Part shown: positions 19,336-28,592 of the stretch, piece after piece | Layout of the letters: every line of letters begins with the position of its first letter | Position numbering within the stretch: the stretch's first letter is position 1 | Source: a virus | IMG/VR virus record: IMGVR_UViG_2757320370_000007 | Coordinates: 137,719 to 172,969 of that record | Reading direction: 5' to 3' (one strand) | DNA: 35,251 nucleotides | Notes under the pieces: model-generated | What the model was told of the DNA's origin: nothing | What the model saw: only the letters and a program-made list of their open reading frames with translations | Databases searched by the model: none | Position numbers and translations under genes: made by a program

Positions 19336-19971
19336 TTGGCAACAACATCGAATAAGCTCGGTTTAAAAATTCCTTCATACACCGATGAAGTTGAAGCTAC
19401 TATAAATGATTTAGCAAATAATTTTCAAACTTTAGATGATTCATCTGAAGAGTATGCTTCAAAGCCACCAACAGAAGGATTGTATCAGGCGGGAGAACGA
19501 TTTTGGAACAATTATTCGTTAACCCAAACTCATGCTGGATGGTCAAATATACGAACAGGGACAAGCGCACCTATTTGGGGGCCTTCAAAAGTATACGTTG
19601 TTGGACAAAAAGTTGTACCCGAAAGAGACAACGGACATTTTTATGAATGTATCCAAGCAGGCAACTCTGGTGTCACAGAGCCTATTTTCCCTGTATCAAC
19701 AAATGGACAAGTACAAGATATCAGGGGTTCAAATACTTGGATTGCATCACATCAATACAAAGTCAATGACATTGCATTGCCAAGTATCGACAATGGCCGT
19801 TTCTATCTTTGCGTACAAGCAGGAGAATCTAATGCCTCTGAGCCTGTTTGGTCTTTAGTAGATGGTAATACAACCTATGATAAAAATGCAGCATGGAGAA
19901 GTTATCGAATTGCAAAATGGAAAGAATCTGGCCCAGCAGCCTTGTTTAAAGCATTTGGAAAGTTTGATTGA
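19336..19971 (+). CDS. Short fibre/carbohydrate-binding protein with two CBM5/12-like repeats
   Basis: MATTSNKLGLKIP fibre-type N-terminus; W--S--Y-V---V-P--DNG-FY-C-QAG-S---EP occurs twice. Confidence 0.75.
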   Translation: MATTSNKLGLKIPSYTDEVEATINDLANNFQTLDDSSEEYASKPPTEGLYQAGERFWNNYSLTQTHAGWSNIRTGTSAPIWGPSKVYVVGQKVVPERDNGHFYECIQAGNSGVTEPIFPVSTNGQVQDIRGSNTWIASHQYKVNDIALPSIDNGRFYLCVQAGESNASEPVWSLVDGNTTYDKNAAWRSYRIAKWKESGPAALFKAFGKFD

Positions 19972-19982
19972 GGTGATAAGTA

Positions 19983-20624
19983 ATGACTAACTGGAAAAGT
20001 ATTTGCAATCTCACTGGATATTACACCTCTCCCATTATTACTATTCCTCTTAACTGTGATGGTGCTTTGAGTCGTATTACATGGAGCCAGACTGTTGGTG
20101 AAGGTGATCGAATCGTAGTTCAATCACGAATTTCTCAAGATGGCTACAATTGGTCTGAATGGCGGGAATGTGTAAATGGTGGAAGTATTCCTGAAATAAG
20201 TGAAGATACATATATGAATAATACTAGGTTAACCCTACGCATAATCGTTGACGCACAAGATCACCTCTCTCCTCCCACTATTCAAAATAACATCCTCCTG
20301 TATTTTGAGCCTGTCATTGTCTTCAATAATAAGGGTAACGTCCATTGTAAACCCGAGATATGGATTACGAAAATTGAAAACGGAGATTTGAGCATAATCA
20401 ATACTTCAAGAAGTAATGACGTATTCAAGTTCGTTTCTCTTGTGAATCAAGAAACTGTTTATGTAAATAACGAACGTGAAGATATTCAAACTAGCCACGC
20501 TGTTACATATCGTTATAAGGATTTTAATGACAATTATCTTAACTTCCCTCCTGGAAAGAACATCTTAAGGATAGAGGGAAAAGCAAAAATCAAGTTCAGA
20601 TATCAGTTTGGACTACTTCAATAA
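19983..20624 (+). CDS. Distal tail protein C-terminal half, preceded by part of an inserted beta-sandwich domain
   Basis: FNNKGNVHCKPEIWI...ETVYVNNE...RYKDFNDNYLNFPPGKNILRIEGKAKIKFRYQF matches the Dit/YomH C-terminus as I recall it. Confidence 0.8.
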   Translation: MTNWKSICNLTGYYTSPIITIPLNCDGALSRITWSQTVGEGDRIVVQSRISQDGYNWSEWRECVNGGSIPEISEDTYMNNTRLTLRIIVDAQDHLSPPTIQNNILLYFEPVIVFNNKGNVHCKPEIWITKIENGDLSIINTSRSNDVFKFVSLVNQETVYVNNEREDIQTSHAVTYRYKDFNDNYLNFPPGKNILRIEGKAKIKFRYQFGLLQ

Positions 20625-20646
20625 CTCTAGATAAGGAGGTGATATA

Positions 20647-21798
20647 TTGGCAGATGTTCAAAAGTATTTAGAATACAATGATCCACTCACAATTATTGTT
20701 CGCTCAGGCAGTCCTACTGACCCCTACAAAGATCGAGCCGACTCATTGCCTGTTATTAATAATATGATAACACTCTTGGAAATACCATCAAAAGCAGATC
20801 GGGTAACGATAGCTGGAATGACTGAAATTGACCAAGAAGTATTTGAAAATCGTCCCCACCTCTCCCCCACTGAATTCCTCGTTAACTACTCCATTGGTGC
20901 TGTACAAGTACATAGCTCTTTAGAGGGAACAGCGCAATTATGTCGATTTAAAGGCAAGGGATTAATTATGTATCCTGCGAGCCGTATCTATGCTTTGACA
21001 AATAGGAATCCAGACGTTGTTGTCACATTGCAAGATTACATAGAAGAGATTCAAGTGAAATTAAATGAAACGTATGATGGTATTGCTCGACTGGAACAAA
21101 CGATATTGCAGTCTGTTGAAGCCACTAATAATGCAATTCTAGCTACAGATAATGCGAATAAAGCAACTCAGGATGCCCAATCCGCAGCAGAATTGGCTCG
21201 AAGTGCTTACGACACAACTAGACTCGTATTCAAAGAACCCGTTGCTACTCTTCAGAATATTCCTTCAAAGTACCCCTCTCCCCTTGTTGGTTGGACAGTC
21301 CAAACATATAAAGATGGTAAACGATACAGATTTGATGGAAGCCGATGGATTGAGATTGATGTTTTCGGCTCTAATCTGCAAGTTGTGAATGAGTTCAAGG
21401 ATGGATTGATGTCGGTTTTAGATTATCAAAAATTAAAGTCATTTCCTGTTGATCTCAAAGAACAAGTAATAGCCTTCTCCCTCCCCGATGCTGTTCAAGG
21501 GGTAATTGAAAACTTCATCCCCTTTCCATTTAGCGGAGAGATAACTGAGTTGAGTGGTTATTGTGCTACTTCAGGAGAAATGGTAACGTCCTTATCTCTT
21601 GAGCGCACAAGGGACTTGAAGAATTGGTCAGAGGTAACAGACCGTAGATTACAATTTGAACCCAATCAAAATTTCGATGATAAGAAAGTGACGTTTAAGA
21701 GTTCGATTGTCTCGAAAGGTGATATTTTTAGGATTAACCTGAATCAACAAGGGTTGGGGATTTATAACATAACGGTTTTATTAAAGATAAAAATATAA
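20647..21798 (+). CDS. SPbeta YomF-like tail/baseplate-associated protein
   Basis: YNDP...GSPTDPY...LLEIP...PASRIY; coiled coil; YPSPLVGWTV...YRFDG--WI. Confidence 0.72.
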   Translation: MADVQKYLEYNDPLTIIVRSGSPTDPYKDRADSLPVINNMITLLEIPSKADRVTIAGMTEIDQEVFENRPHLSPTEFLVNYSIGAVQVHSSLEGTAQLCRFKGKGLIMYPASRIYALTNRNPDVVVTLQDYIEEIQVKLNETYDGIARLEQTILQSVEATNNAILATDNANKATQDAQSAAELARSAYDTTRLVFKEPVATLQNIPSKYPSPLVGWTVQTYKDGKRYRFDGSRWIEIDVFGSNLQVVNEFKDGLMSVLDYQKLKSFPVDLKEQVIAFSLPDAVQGVIENFIPFPFSGEITELSGYCATSGEMVTSLSLERTRDLKNWSEVTDRRLQFEPNQNFDDKKVTFKSSIVSKGDIFRINLNQQGLGIYNITVLLKIKI

Positions 21799-21828
21799 AC
21801 AACTTAATTAAAAAGGAGAAATACATAT

Positions 21829-22718
21829 ATGGCGAATCCTGTGATAATTTGGATGAACGCAACAAATTCGGCACCAGTCACAACACCATTCAATTTTGGG
21901 GTAATCGATGCAGATGATGTGTCCGATCCACATACTTTTAATATTTGGAATAATAAAGGCGGAGCAACCGATGTATCAAAAATGGAAGATTGCACAATCA
22001 CAACTCGTGATATGTCCGGTGGACTTGGTAACACGGTGGGAAGTGAGATTGAGGTAGTTAAGAACAACTGGTTCCATGTACAAGTAGACTCTATGGGCGA
22101 GACCGATCTAGCTCAAGAGTCTTCACGTATTGGTAAAGATTATACCAAACCTCTTGGTACGACTGGCACTACAAAGAAGGATAATACTGGTGCATCATAT
22201 CCAACTCCACTCAAACCAGGAGCGAAAGAAATTTTAGGAGTTAGAAATAATGGTATTGCTCTTGATGCTGCTGGTAACTTCGTTACAGTCACTCTTCAGG
22301 CAGATGTACCACTGGAAGCTAAGAGTGGACAACAAGCGTTCAAAATTCGGGTTAACTTTGTAAAACTGGCCCCCTATATCGGTAACGATGTGGCGTAAAT
22401 TCTTTAAATTGCTGGAACCCCCTAAAGATTTTCATACTACAACGTGACTGGTAACGGTGAGCGTGAACGTGGTCGAAAGACGGAAAAAAATGAAAATATG
22501 GTCTATGCTGAAATAAAAGCCATACTTACTTAGATGGTGCTAAGGACTTCTAATGGGAAATCGTAGCAGGGAAATCTCTTGTTTAAGAGAGACCTTCAAC
22601 GAGCGTAATAGGAATATCCCTGTGGGATAATGGTGCGCTCTACTCCGACTCAGACAATATGAGTGTAAATATCTCGAAAGAGACGGTATTCATAATAAGC
22701 AGTTATCGTTACGTTTAA
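21829..22718 (+). CDS. Putative virion structural protein, join(21829..22352,22700..22718), 180 aa ending FKIRVSYRYV
   Basis: AAGGAG RBS; beta-rich protein. Removing the intron joins CGG GT|C AGT TAT CGT TAC GTT TAA. A terminator follows exon 2. Confidence 0.82.
22353..22699 (+). ncRNA. ORF-less group I intron (347 nt)
   Basis: IGS AACTG-G-CCC (22364-22372) pairs with 5' exon GGGU (U.G) and 3' exon CAGUU (P10). P2 with GUAA loop. P element AAATTGCTGGAA, Q element TAGCAGG. P3 ATTCTT/AGGAAT. P6a TCTCTT/AAGAGA. P7 AcGAGCG/CGCTCT. P8 TATCCC/GGGATA. P9 TCTC-gaaa-GAGA. Terminal G at 22699. Confidence 0.9.
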
Positions 22719-22743
22719 AAGATAAAAGTATTAAGTACATACT

Positions 22744-22774
22744 AAAGAGGCACGTTTATTTGTGTCTCTTTTTT
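22744..22774 (+). terminator. Rho-independent terminator
   Basis: AAAGAGGCAC...GTGTCTCTTT followed by Ts. Confidence 0.75.
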
Positions 22775-22811
22775 GTTTTTATAAACTCACAATACAATGT
22801 GGAGGGATTTT

Positions 22812-23432
22812 ATGATTTTAGGAAACCAACATTACAGGTATTCGCCTGTCAAAGAAGCTCAAGATTGGGTATGGATTGCGGAATACGCAGATGGATCTCA
22901 TCTACCAGAATATAATTTTGATAACAGAATAAAGAATGACTATTACTCAATTGATAGAAATCAGCTCATCAGATTTGGGCTTATCGGTATGGGATCTCAA
23001 ATTTATTTTGATGTTGCTAACGGAATTTTTAATATTAATAAGAATCGAATTCAGATGTCCTACATTGCAAATGGTATTGAGTACCCTCTTACAGGTAGAA
23101 CATATTTATATAATGATATCATTCAACAAAAAGTTGCTATTGGAGATGGAAAACTTTTATCTAAAACAGCAAGCGGAAGAATTAAAGGACATATTATTGC
23201 ACATTTAATTGGCTACAAAAAGAAAATGGAATTAGATGAAGTTAATATCAATTTTCAAAATATTCTTTACATCCCTCAGAATGAGCAGCCCTCTTACCTA
23301 GAAGTGAAAATATCGGCAGATAAGGATTTAGATGGTGAATTGGTAATTAGAGTAAATGGATTTGTAGCCAATAGGATACATGCCCCGTTACTCAAAAATC
23401 GTTCAGGAATATACAATTGGGAACTTTTATAA
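22812..23432 (+). CDS. Hypothetical phage protein in the tail module
   Basis: GGAGG RBS before ATG 22812; ~206-aa ORF. Confidence 0.75.
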   Translation: MILGNQHYRYSPVKEAQDWVWIAEYADGSHLPEYNFDNRIKNDYYSIDRNQLIRFGLIGMGSQIYFDVANGIFNINKNRIQMSYIANGIEYPLTGRTYLYNDIIQQKVAIGDGKLLSKTASGRIKGHIIAHLIGYKKKMELDEVNINFQNILYIPQNEQPSYLEVKISADKDLDGELVIRVNGFVANRIHAPLLKNRSGIYNWELL

Positions 23433-23451
23433 ATGAAAGGAATGATACATA

Positions 23452-23802
23452 ATGGAAAATTTTTATACAGATAATTATGGTCGAGTTTGGGGAAATAAAG
23501 CCATTGGCAATGTCTCAGTTGTTACCACTTCGAACAATGAAATTACCATTTCATCGGGATCTCATGACTACAGTTTCACTATTCCCACAGGCACATACGC
23601 CTCTATGTATGCAACCGGAATGTCAGAATTGGTTGACACTATAAAGACTGTTGTTCAGGCGCAATCCTATCCTATAGAGGTATTTTTGGGTGGTAATCAC
23701 AAGGACGTAAAATACAATTCAATTGTATTCCGACTTACTGATGGTGCCGAAATTGACAACATTACTGGCACGTTTTTTGATGCCTTTTTTGATTCGATAT
23801 AA
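23452..23802 (+). CDS. Hypothetical phage protein
   Basis: AAAGGA RBS; 116 aa; co-oriented with neighbours. Confidence 0.75.
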   Translation: MENFYTDNYGRVWGNKAIGNVSVVTTSNNEITISSGSHDYSFTIPTGTYASMYATGMSELVDTIKTVVQAQSYPIEVFLGGNHKDVKYNSIVFRLTDGAEIDNITGTFFDAFFDSI

Positions 23803-23818
23803 TAAGGAAGTGGAATAA

Positions 23819-24373
23819 ATGGCAACACAAGAAATAGGAATCCCGATTGATTTGAGTCAAGGGACTTTCAATAACACTGTCTTCCAGGATGGAAAATTGC
23901 AACTCCGTGAACTAGGTAAAGATGATCTAGGCACATCCATTTACGCTCCTGAAGGTTACTGGATCTCTGAATCTATTAGAATTGCTGACAAGGTTGCATT
24001 GTTTAAATACATCGCAAAAACCATGAGTGGTACTGGAACATATAAAATTTTTACTCAGTCAAGCAATGACGGATTTGTATGGACGGATTGGATTGAGATA
24101 AATACGGATGGATCAATTAATACTCCTGTCGGTTATTACGCTAAAATAAAAATCTTCATCATCCCCTCTTCTACACTAGTCTCTATTTCCATCGATCAAT
24201 TCACAACTCCCGATAAATATACCAATCCGTTTATCAACGCATCTTCTGGAGTATTGGAGCTAAAAAAAACATACACCTCTCCTTATGCAATCGACAATGC
24301 TTGGACAGATGGAGTGTTGATTAAAGCTTTGGTGCAAAAGAGTCAATTTAAGAAAATAGATAAATTAAAATAA
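23819..24373 (+). CDS. Putative tail appendage/adaptor beta-sandwich protein
   Basis: IDLSQGTF-N----GKLQL...GYWISE...SSNDG--WTDW motif, also present split across the two Dit halves. Confidence 0.65.
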   Translation: MATQEIGIPIDLSQGTFNNTVFQDGKLQLRELGKDDLGTSIYAPEGYWISESIRIADKVALFKYIAKTMSGTGTYKIFTQSSNDGFVWTDWIEINTDGSINTPVGYYAKIKIFIIPSSTLVSISIDQFTTPDKYTNPFINASSGVLELKKTYTSPYAIDNAWTDGVLIKALVQKSQFKKIDKLK

Positions 24374-24387
24374 GATGAGGTGATTAT

Positions 24388-25026
24388 ATGACAGTTCCAG
24401 CTACAGCTGGAGTCTTGAGAGAAAGATTGAGTGATATGAAAGTTGGCGACTACATTGTTTGTAAGTATGTCGCTACAAATGGTGCAGTTGGTACATTTAG
24501 CGAATTGGGAACAAGTGTTGCAACTGAAATTCCAGTCACAGGAGCAGCAATTCCTAATGGAATATTCTATTTTGTGAAAACGAACAAGGGATTGCTTTTT
24601 TCAGATAGAGTTGTCCAAACCAACATTAGTTGGGATGTACTGAATGCTGAGAAAGCAATCCAAGGTAAGCCTCAGACTTTTGATATGACCGTAGGAACTC
24701 TTCGCTCTTTATCTGGTGGAGTTGCTTGGGCTGATGAAAATGGCAATAGTTCCACCACGGATAAGGGATTTGGTGCTTGGCCTGCAAATAATGAATGGGA
24801 CAGATATATTGTTGGCTTTCCTAGTAATTTGATTCAAACAGGAAAAACTCTATATGATGTATTTAATCACTATGATGCTTTCTCTTGGACACAAGATACA
24901 CCTATATCGATAATTGCTGCATCGACGTTGCGGACAATAAGAACTAGGAATACGATTAATCGAAATATATCAAATGGAATTCCTACTAACGTTGGTTTTC
25001 GCCCTGCATTTGAGTACAAAGAATAA
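24388..25026 (+). CDS. Putative adhesin, C-type-lectin-like domain ending VGFRP
   Basis: DR-VQ--ISWD-LN...R-L-GG...NEW--YI...SWT...R--R...VGFRP; paralogous to an internal domain of 25042..27216. Confidence 0.6.
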   Translation: MTVPATAGVLRERLSDMKVGDYIVCKYVATNGAVGTFSELGTSVATEIPVTGAAIPNGIFYFVKTNKGLLFSDRVVQTNISWDVLNAEKAIQGKPQTFDMTVGTLRSLSGGVAWADENGNSSTTDKGFGAWPANNEWDRYIVGFPSNLIQTGKTLYDVFNHYDAFSWTQDTPISIIAASTLRTIRTRNTINRNISNGIPTNVGFRPAFEYKE

Positions 25027-25041
25027 AAGGAGGTGTAAATT

Positions 25042-27216
25042 ATGGCAACACTAGGGCAAGCATTAACAACACCAGAAAGTGGGTGGAAGAGAATAGAAGA
25101 TACCCACCCATATATTTCCTACTTAGGGAAAACGGGCATATCTACTAGCTCTGTATATACAGATAGTCACATTACTTATACAAATCCTGATGCTATCGGG
25201 ACTTCCAAAATTAGCTTTAAGTTTTACGGAACAAAAATAAGACTTATTACACAGATTGGTGGTTTTGCCACAACTGTAAAAGTGAAAATTGACGGTATTA
25301 TTGAAAGCCATTCACAGGACGCATCACCAGTGGTATATCGGGGCTTAGCCTACGAAAAGACAGGATTAATACTTGGTTTGCACACTGTCGAAATATACAA
25401 TGACACAGATAATATGGGGTTTAGTCTTGATGCCATTGACGTTGATGACATCGGGGGATTATCTGCCCCCATTGGTGCTGTGGTAACTTCGCCAGATGCA
25501 GGGTGGAAGAGATATGATGCTAGCTTTGCCCTATTAAAACCTAATGGTGTATGGGGATCAAATTCGAATTCACTCGCCTACAATGCAACACTAATTTTCA
25601 CAGATAAAAAGAATAGTCTTAAATTTAGTTTTAATGGCACTAAAATAAGACTATTAGGTGTAGCTAATAACGGATATTCTGATTCTGTTAATGTAATAGT
25701 CGATGGAGTTTCAGAGACTTTTTCAACAAGTTATGGCGCGTCCGGCTACCAGACTTTATTGTATGAAAAGGCAGGTTTGCAGAACGATTTTCATTCTGTT
25801 GAAATTATTAACAATAAAGAAATTGTTATTTATTTGGACGCAATCGATATTGACTCTGCTGGTCGCCTATATCATCCTGACGAAGTCACAGAAATTAAAG
25901 ACTTAGCTGTTGGAAAACGTATCAGATGTCATTATCAAGCATCTTCAGGCTCTGTAGGAACATTTAGTGGACTAGGGAAAGAAACATCAGATTTTATTCC
26001 TGCCGCAAGTTCTGCAACTCCAAACGGAGATTTCTATTGGATAATGGTTGAGGATTGGAATAAGAATAAAATATTAGTTGCAGATAGAAATGTGCAGCAC
26101 TCAATATCTTGGGATGCTCTTAATACTGTTGGAGTGGCCTCGGGTAGTGGTCTTCCAATTAAAATTGAAGGGGTGCAAAATAGTATATTTGCCACACTAC
26201 GATTGTTGACAGGTGGTGTCTCAGTCTCAGACAAGGACAATGAGTGGGAAAAATATATTGCTAACTTTACTCTAAATGGAGTGGCGGGAGATAATAATGT
26301 TTGGAATTGGCAAGGGATATTTAGTTGGACGAGTACAACTATATCTGGAACAAACACGAACAGAGTAAGAAGAGGAACTACAACCGTAGCAACACATGCA
26401 TCAGGACAGTCAGGTGCAGGTGGTGTGGGGCAAGGCGTTGGTTTTCGTCCAGTTCTTATCATTGAATCTAAAGCGCAATATAAATCAATAATCAAATATG
26501 ATAATAAATATAAAAAGTGGGTTGAGGGTGGTACGCCAGCAACTTATGTTGATTTAACCACTGCTTTATCAGGTAACAACATGGCTCCGTACTCTGCGTT
26601 TGCAAGCAGTGAGGTTGCTGGTTATGAAGCCTATAGGGCGTTTAACAAAGTAAAAGATGCTGGTTGGCAGACTGCTAATGCATCTGGAAATAACAAAGGT
26701 TGGATTATGTTGGATATGGGTGTAGAAAAATTAGTAACCATGTATGCAATTACGGCATCAAATAATGATTCAGCAATTCGTTCTCCGAAAGATTTTAAAC
26801 TTTTGGCTTCTACTGACAATGCTACTTGGGTGCAATTAGACAGTCAAACTGGTATAACATGGATAGATTTGCAGAGACGAGAGTTTATTGTTTTCAATAC
26901 TATTCCTTATCGTTATTACAAGCTTGATATAATCATAAACAATGGTAATAGCAATTTCACGAATGTTGGTGAGATTGAATTTTATAATATCTCGTCTCCA
27001 GCAACACCTTCCTCATGGAACACCATTTCAACAACTTTACCTTCCAAAGATACTTTTATTAGTGAAGGTATGGATGATCTATCGGTGTTAGATCGTAAGC
27101 CTACTAATTTTGTGGAAACCATGAGCGATAATGGTGTATTGGGTGCTGGCGAAGTGTTTAAGAAATCAGTTGACTTGAAGAAATTGTTTGAGATAACGAA
27201 TATTAAAATTGAGTAA
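25042..27216 (+). CDS. Modular adhesin: two beta-sandwich repeats, CLec-like domain, F5/8 type C (discoidin) domain, C-terminal conserved tail
   Basis: GWKR...F-F-GTKIRL...YEK-GL---H-VEI...LDAID occurs twice; ISWD...VGFRP; AYRAF...SPKDFKLLASTD...YRYYKL. Confidence 0.75.
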   Translation: MATLGQALTTPESGWKRIEDTHPYISYLGKTGISTSSVYTDSHITYTNPDAIGTSKISFKFYGTKIRLITQIGGFATTVKVKIDGIIESHSQDASPVVYRGLAYEKTGLILGLHTVEIYNDTDNMGFSLDAIDVDDIGGLSAPIGAVVTSPDAGWKRYDASFALLKPNGVWGSNSNSLAYNATLIFTDKKNSLKFSFNGTKIRLLGVANNGYSDSVNVIVDGVSETFSTSYGASGYQTLLYEKAGLQNDFHSVEIINNKEIVIYLDAIDIDSAGRLYHPDEVTEIKDLAVGKRIRCHYQASSGSVGTFSGLGKETSDFIPAASSATPNGDFYWIMVEDWNKNKILVADRNVQHSISWDALNTVGVASGSGLPIKIEGVQNSIFATLRLLTGGVSVSDKDNEWEKYIANFTLNGVAGDNNVWNWQGIFSWTSTTISGTNTNRVRRGTTTVATHASGQSGAGGVGQGVGFRPVLIIESKAQYKSIIKYDNKYKKWVEGGTPATYVDLTTALSGNNMAPYSAFASSEVAGYEAYRAFNKVKDAGWQTANASGNNKGWIMLDMGVEKLVTMYAITASNNDSAIRSPKDFKLLASTDNATWVQLDSQTGITWIDLQRREFIVFNTIPYRYYKLDIIINNGNSNFTNVGEIEFYNISSPATPSSWNTISTTLPSKDTFISEGMDDLSVLDRKPTNFVETMSDNGVLGAGEVFKKSVDLKKLFEITNIKIE

Positions 27217-27247
27217 GAGTAGAGATTAATTACCTCTACTCTTTTTT
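27215..27247 (+). terminator. Rho-independent terminator
   Basis: AAGAGTAGAG...CTCTACTCTT followed by Ts. Confidence 0.75.
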
Positions 27248-27286
27248 GGATTAAATAATGCTAATAATTAGAAAGGAGATGATTTT

Positions 27287-28516
27287 TTGGCAACTACAAC
27301 TTGGAGGTCTTACCCCAATGTTACTCTTTCAAATAGCAACCTAACTGCAAGTGCAACCAGTTTATCTTATTCAACTATTGCCAGCAATGGAAGAAGTTCA
27401 GGAAAATGGTATTGGGAAGTAATTGCTGATACACGATCTATGGTTGGGATAACCAATATCCAAAGCGGAGGACGGATATATGATAGCGTAAGCCATAGAG
27501 GATATTTTCCTGATGGTAAAAAATGGTCTGGTTCAGCTGGTAGTATTTACGGTTCAACATTTACTTTAGGAGATACAATTAGTATTCTCCTTGATATGGA
27601 TAATGGAATATTAGAGTTCTGGAAAAATGGCGTAACTCAAGGCGTTGCATTTACAGATATTAAACCCCTTGGCACAGTATATCCCTCACACACAAGCGGA
27701 AGCGACACTACCTCTTCTAGTGTAACGGCAAATTTTGGTGCGACACTATTCAAGTATGCTATTCCAAATGGGTTTAAGGTTTACAATGGCAACCATAAAA
27801 TCTTACTTTCAAGTGGTGAAAAAATACAATCAGTTTCAATAGGGTCGGGATTATATTCTGAAAATGTTATCCCAATCATGAGTTCGAATACTTCATTGGC
27901 GGGGATTTCAAGTGCAAATTTAATATCAACTGTCGAACTTGATGCATGGAAAGCATTTGATGGTAGCAGTTCGACTTATTGGTATACAAACTCTGGAACC
28001 GGAGGGTGGTTACAGTTTAAATTCAATATACCAATCAAAATCGAAAAATATAAAGTATTATCTTTAGGTGCGTCGTACCCAGGTAATAATATTAAAAATT
28101 GGACATTTGAAGGAAGTAATAACGGATCAAATTGGAATGTCCTTGACACTAAAACAAATGTTTTGGATTGGATAACTGGAATGTTTAAAGAGTTTGCGAT
28201 AACTAATGACAGCACATATATCTACTATAGATTAAATATAACTGCAACAGGTGCTGCGGCTCCCCCAGCTATATGTGAATTGACGATGCACACAAAAACA
28301 GATTCAAAATTTACTTTTTTAAATCTTGATAGTTCAACTGAGAATACATTCTTGAGGTACGGGCTGGATGGCTCATCAAATGGATTAAACTTAACAAAAA
28401 ATATTTTTACAAAAAAATATGTCAAATCAGGTACTTCATTATTAGGTTCAGGAAAAACATTTGAACATACAATTGATATGTCGAAACGACGAGTTGATAA
28501 AATTACGCTGGGATAG
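27287..28516 (+). CDS. Modular adhesin: SPRY/B30.2 domain plus F5/8 type C domain
   Basis: SGKWYWEV...GDTISILLDMDNG-LEFWKNG...ANFG; AWKAFD...KNWTFEGSN...YYRL. Confidence 0.8.
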   Translation: MATTTWRSYPNVTLSNSNLTASATSLSYSTIASNGRSSGKWYWEVIADTRSMVGITNIQSGGRIYDSVSHRGYFPDGKKWSGSAGSIYGSTFTLGDTISILLDMDNGILEFWKNGVTQGVAFTDIKPLGTVYPSHTSGSDTTSSSVTANFGATLFKYAIPNGFKVYNGNHKILLSSGEKIQSVSIGSGLYSENVIPIMSSNTSLAGISSANLISTVELDAWKAFDGSSSTYWYTNSGTGGWLQFKFNIPIKIEKYKVLSLGASYPGNNIKNWTFEGSNNGSNWNVLDTKTNVLDWITGMFKEFAITNDSTYIYYRLNITATGAAAPPAICELTMHTKTDSKFTFLNLDSSTENTFLRYGLDGSSNGLNLTKNIFTKKYVKSGTSLLGSGKTFEHTIDMSKRRVDKITLG

Positions 28517-28533
28517 TTAAATAATATAATATC

Positions 28534-28570
28534 AAAACACATCTTCTGATCCCAATTGAAGATGTGTTTT
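28534..28570. terminator. Terminator-like hairpin
   Basis: AAAACACATCTTC...GAAGATGTGTTTT, 13-bp perfect stem. Confidence 0.65.
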
Positions 28571-28592
28571 ATTTAGTTTAAAAAGAAGGGAT

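Noticed and set aside
22400-22700. Riboswitch or tRNA in the apparent intergenic gap
   Set aside because: The GNRA hairpins are accounted for as intron P2, P5 and P9 elements; no cloverleaf or aptamer consensus is visible.
22353-22702. Alternative splice using the G at 22702 (giving ...NFYRYV)
   Set aside because: It lacks P1/P10 support, whereas AACUG-G-CCC pairs both exons for 22352/22700.
24388-27216. Complete diversity-generating retroelement
   Set aside because: No reverse transcriptase, Avd or adenine-mismatched template repeat seen in the window.
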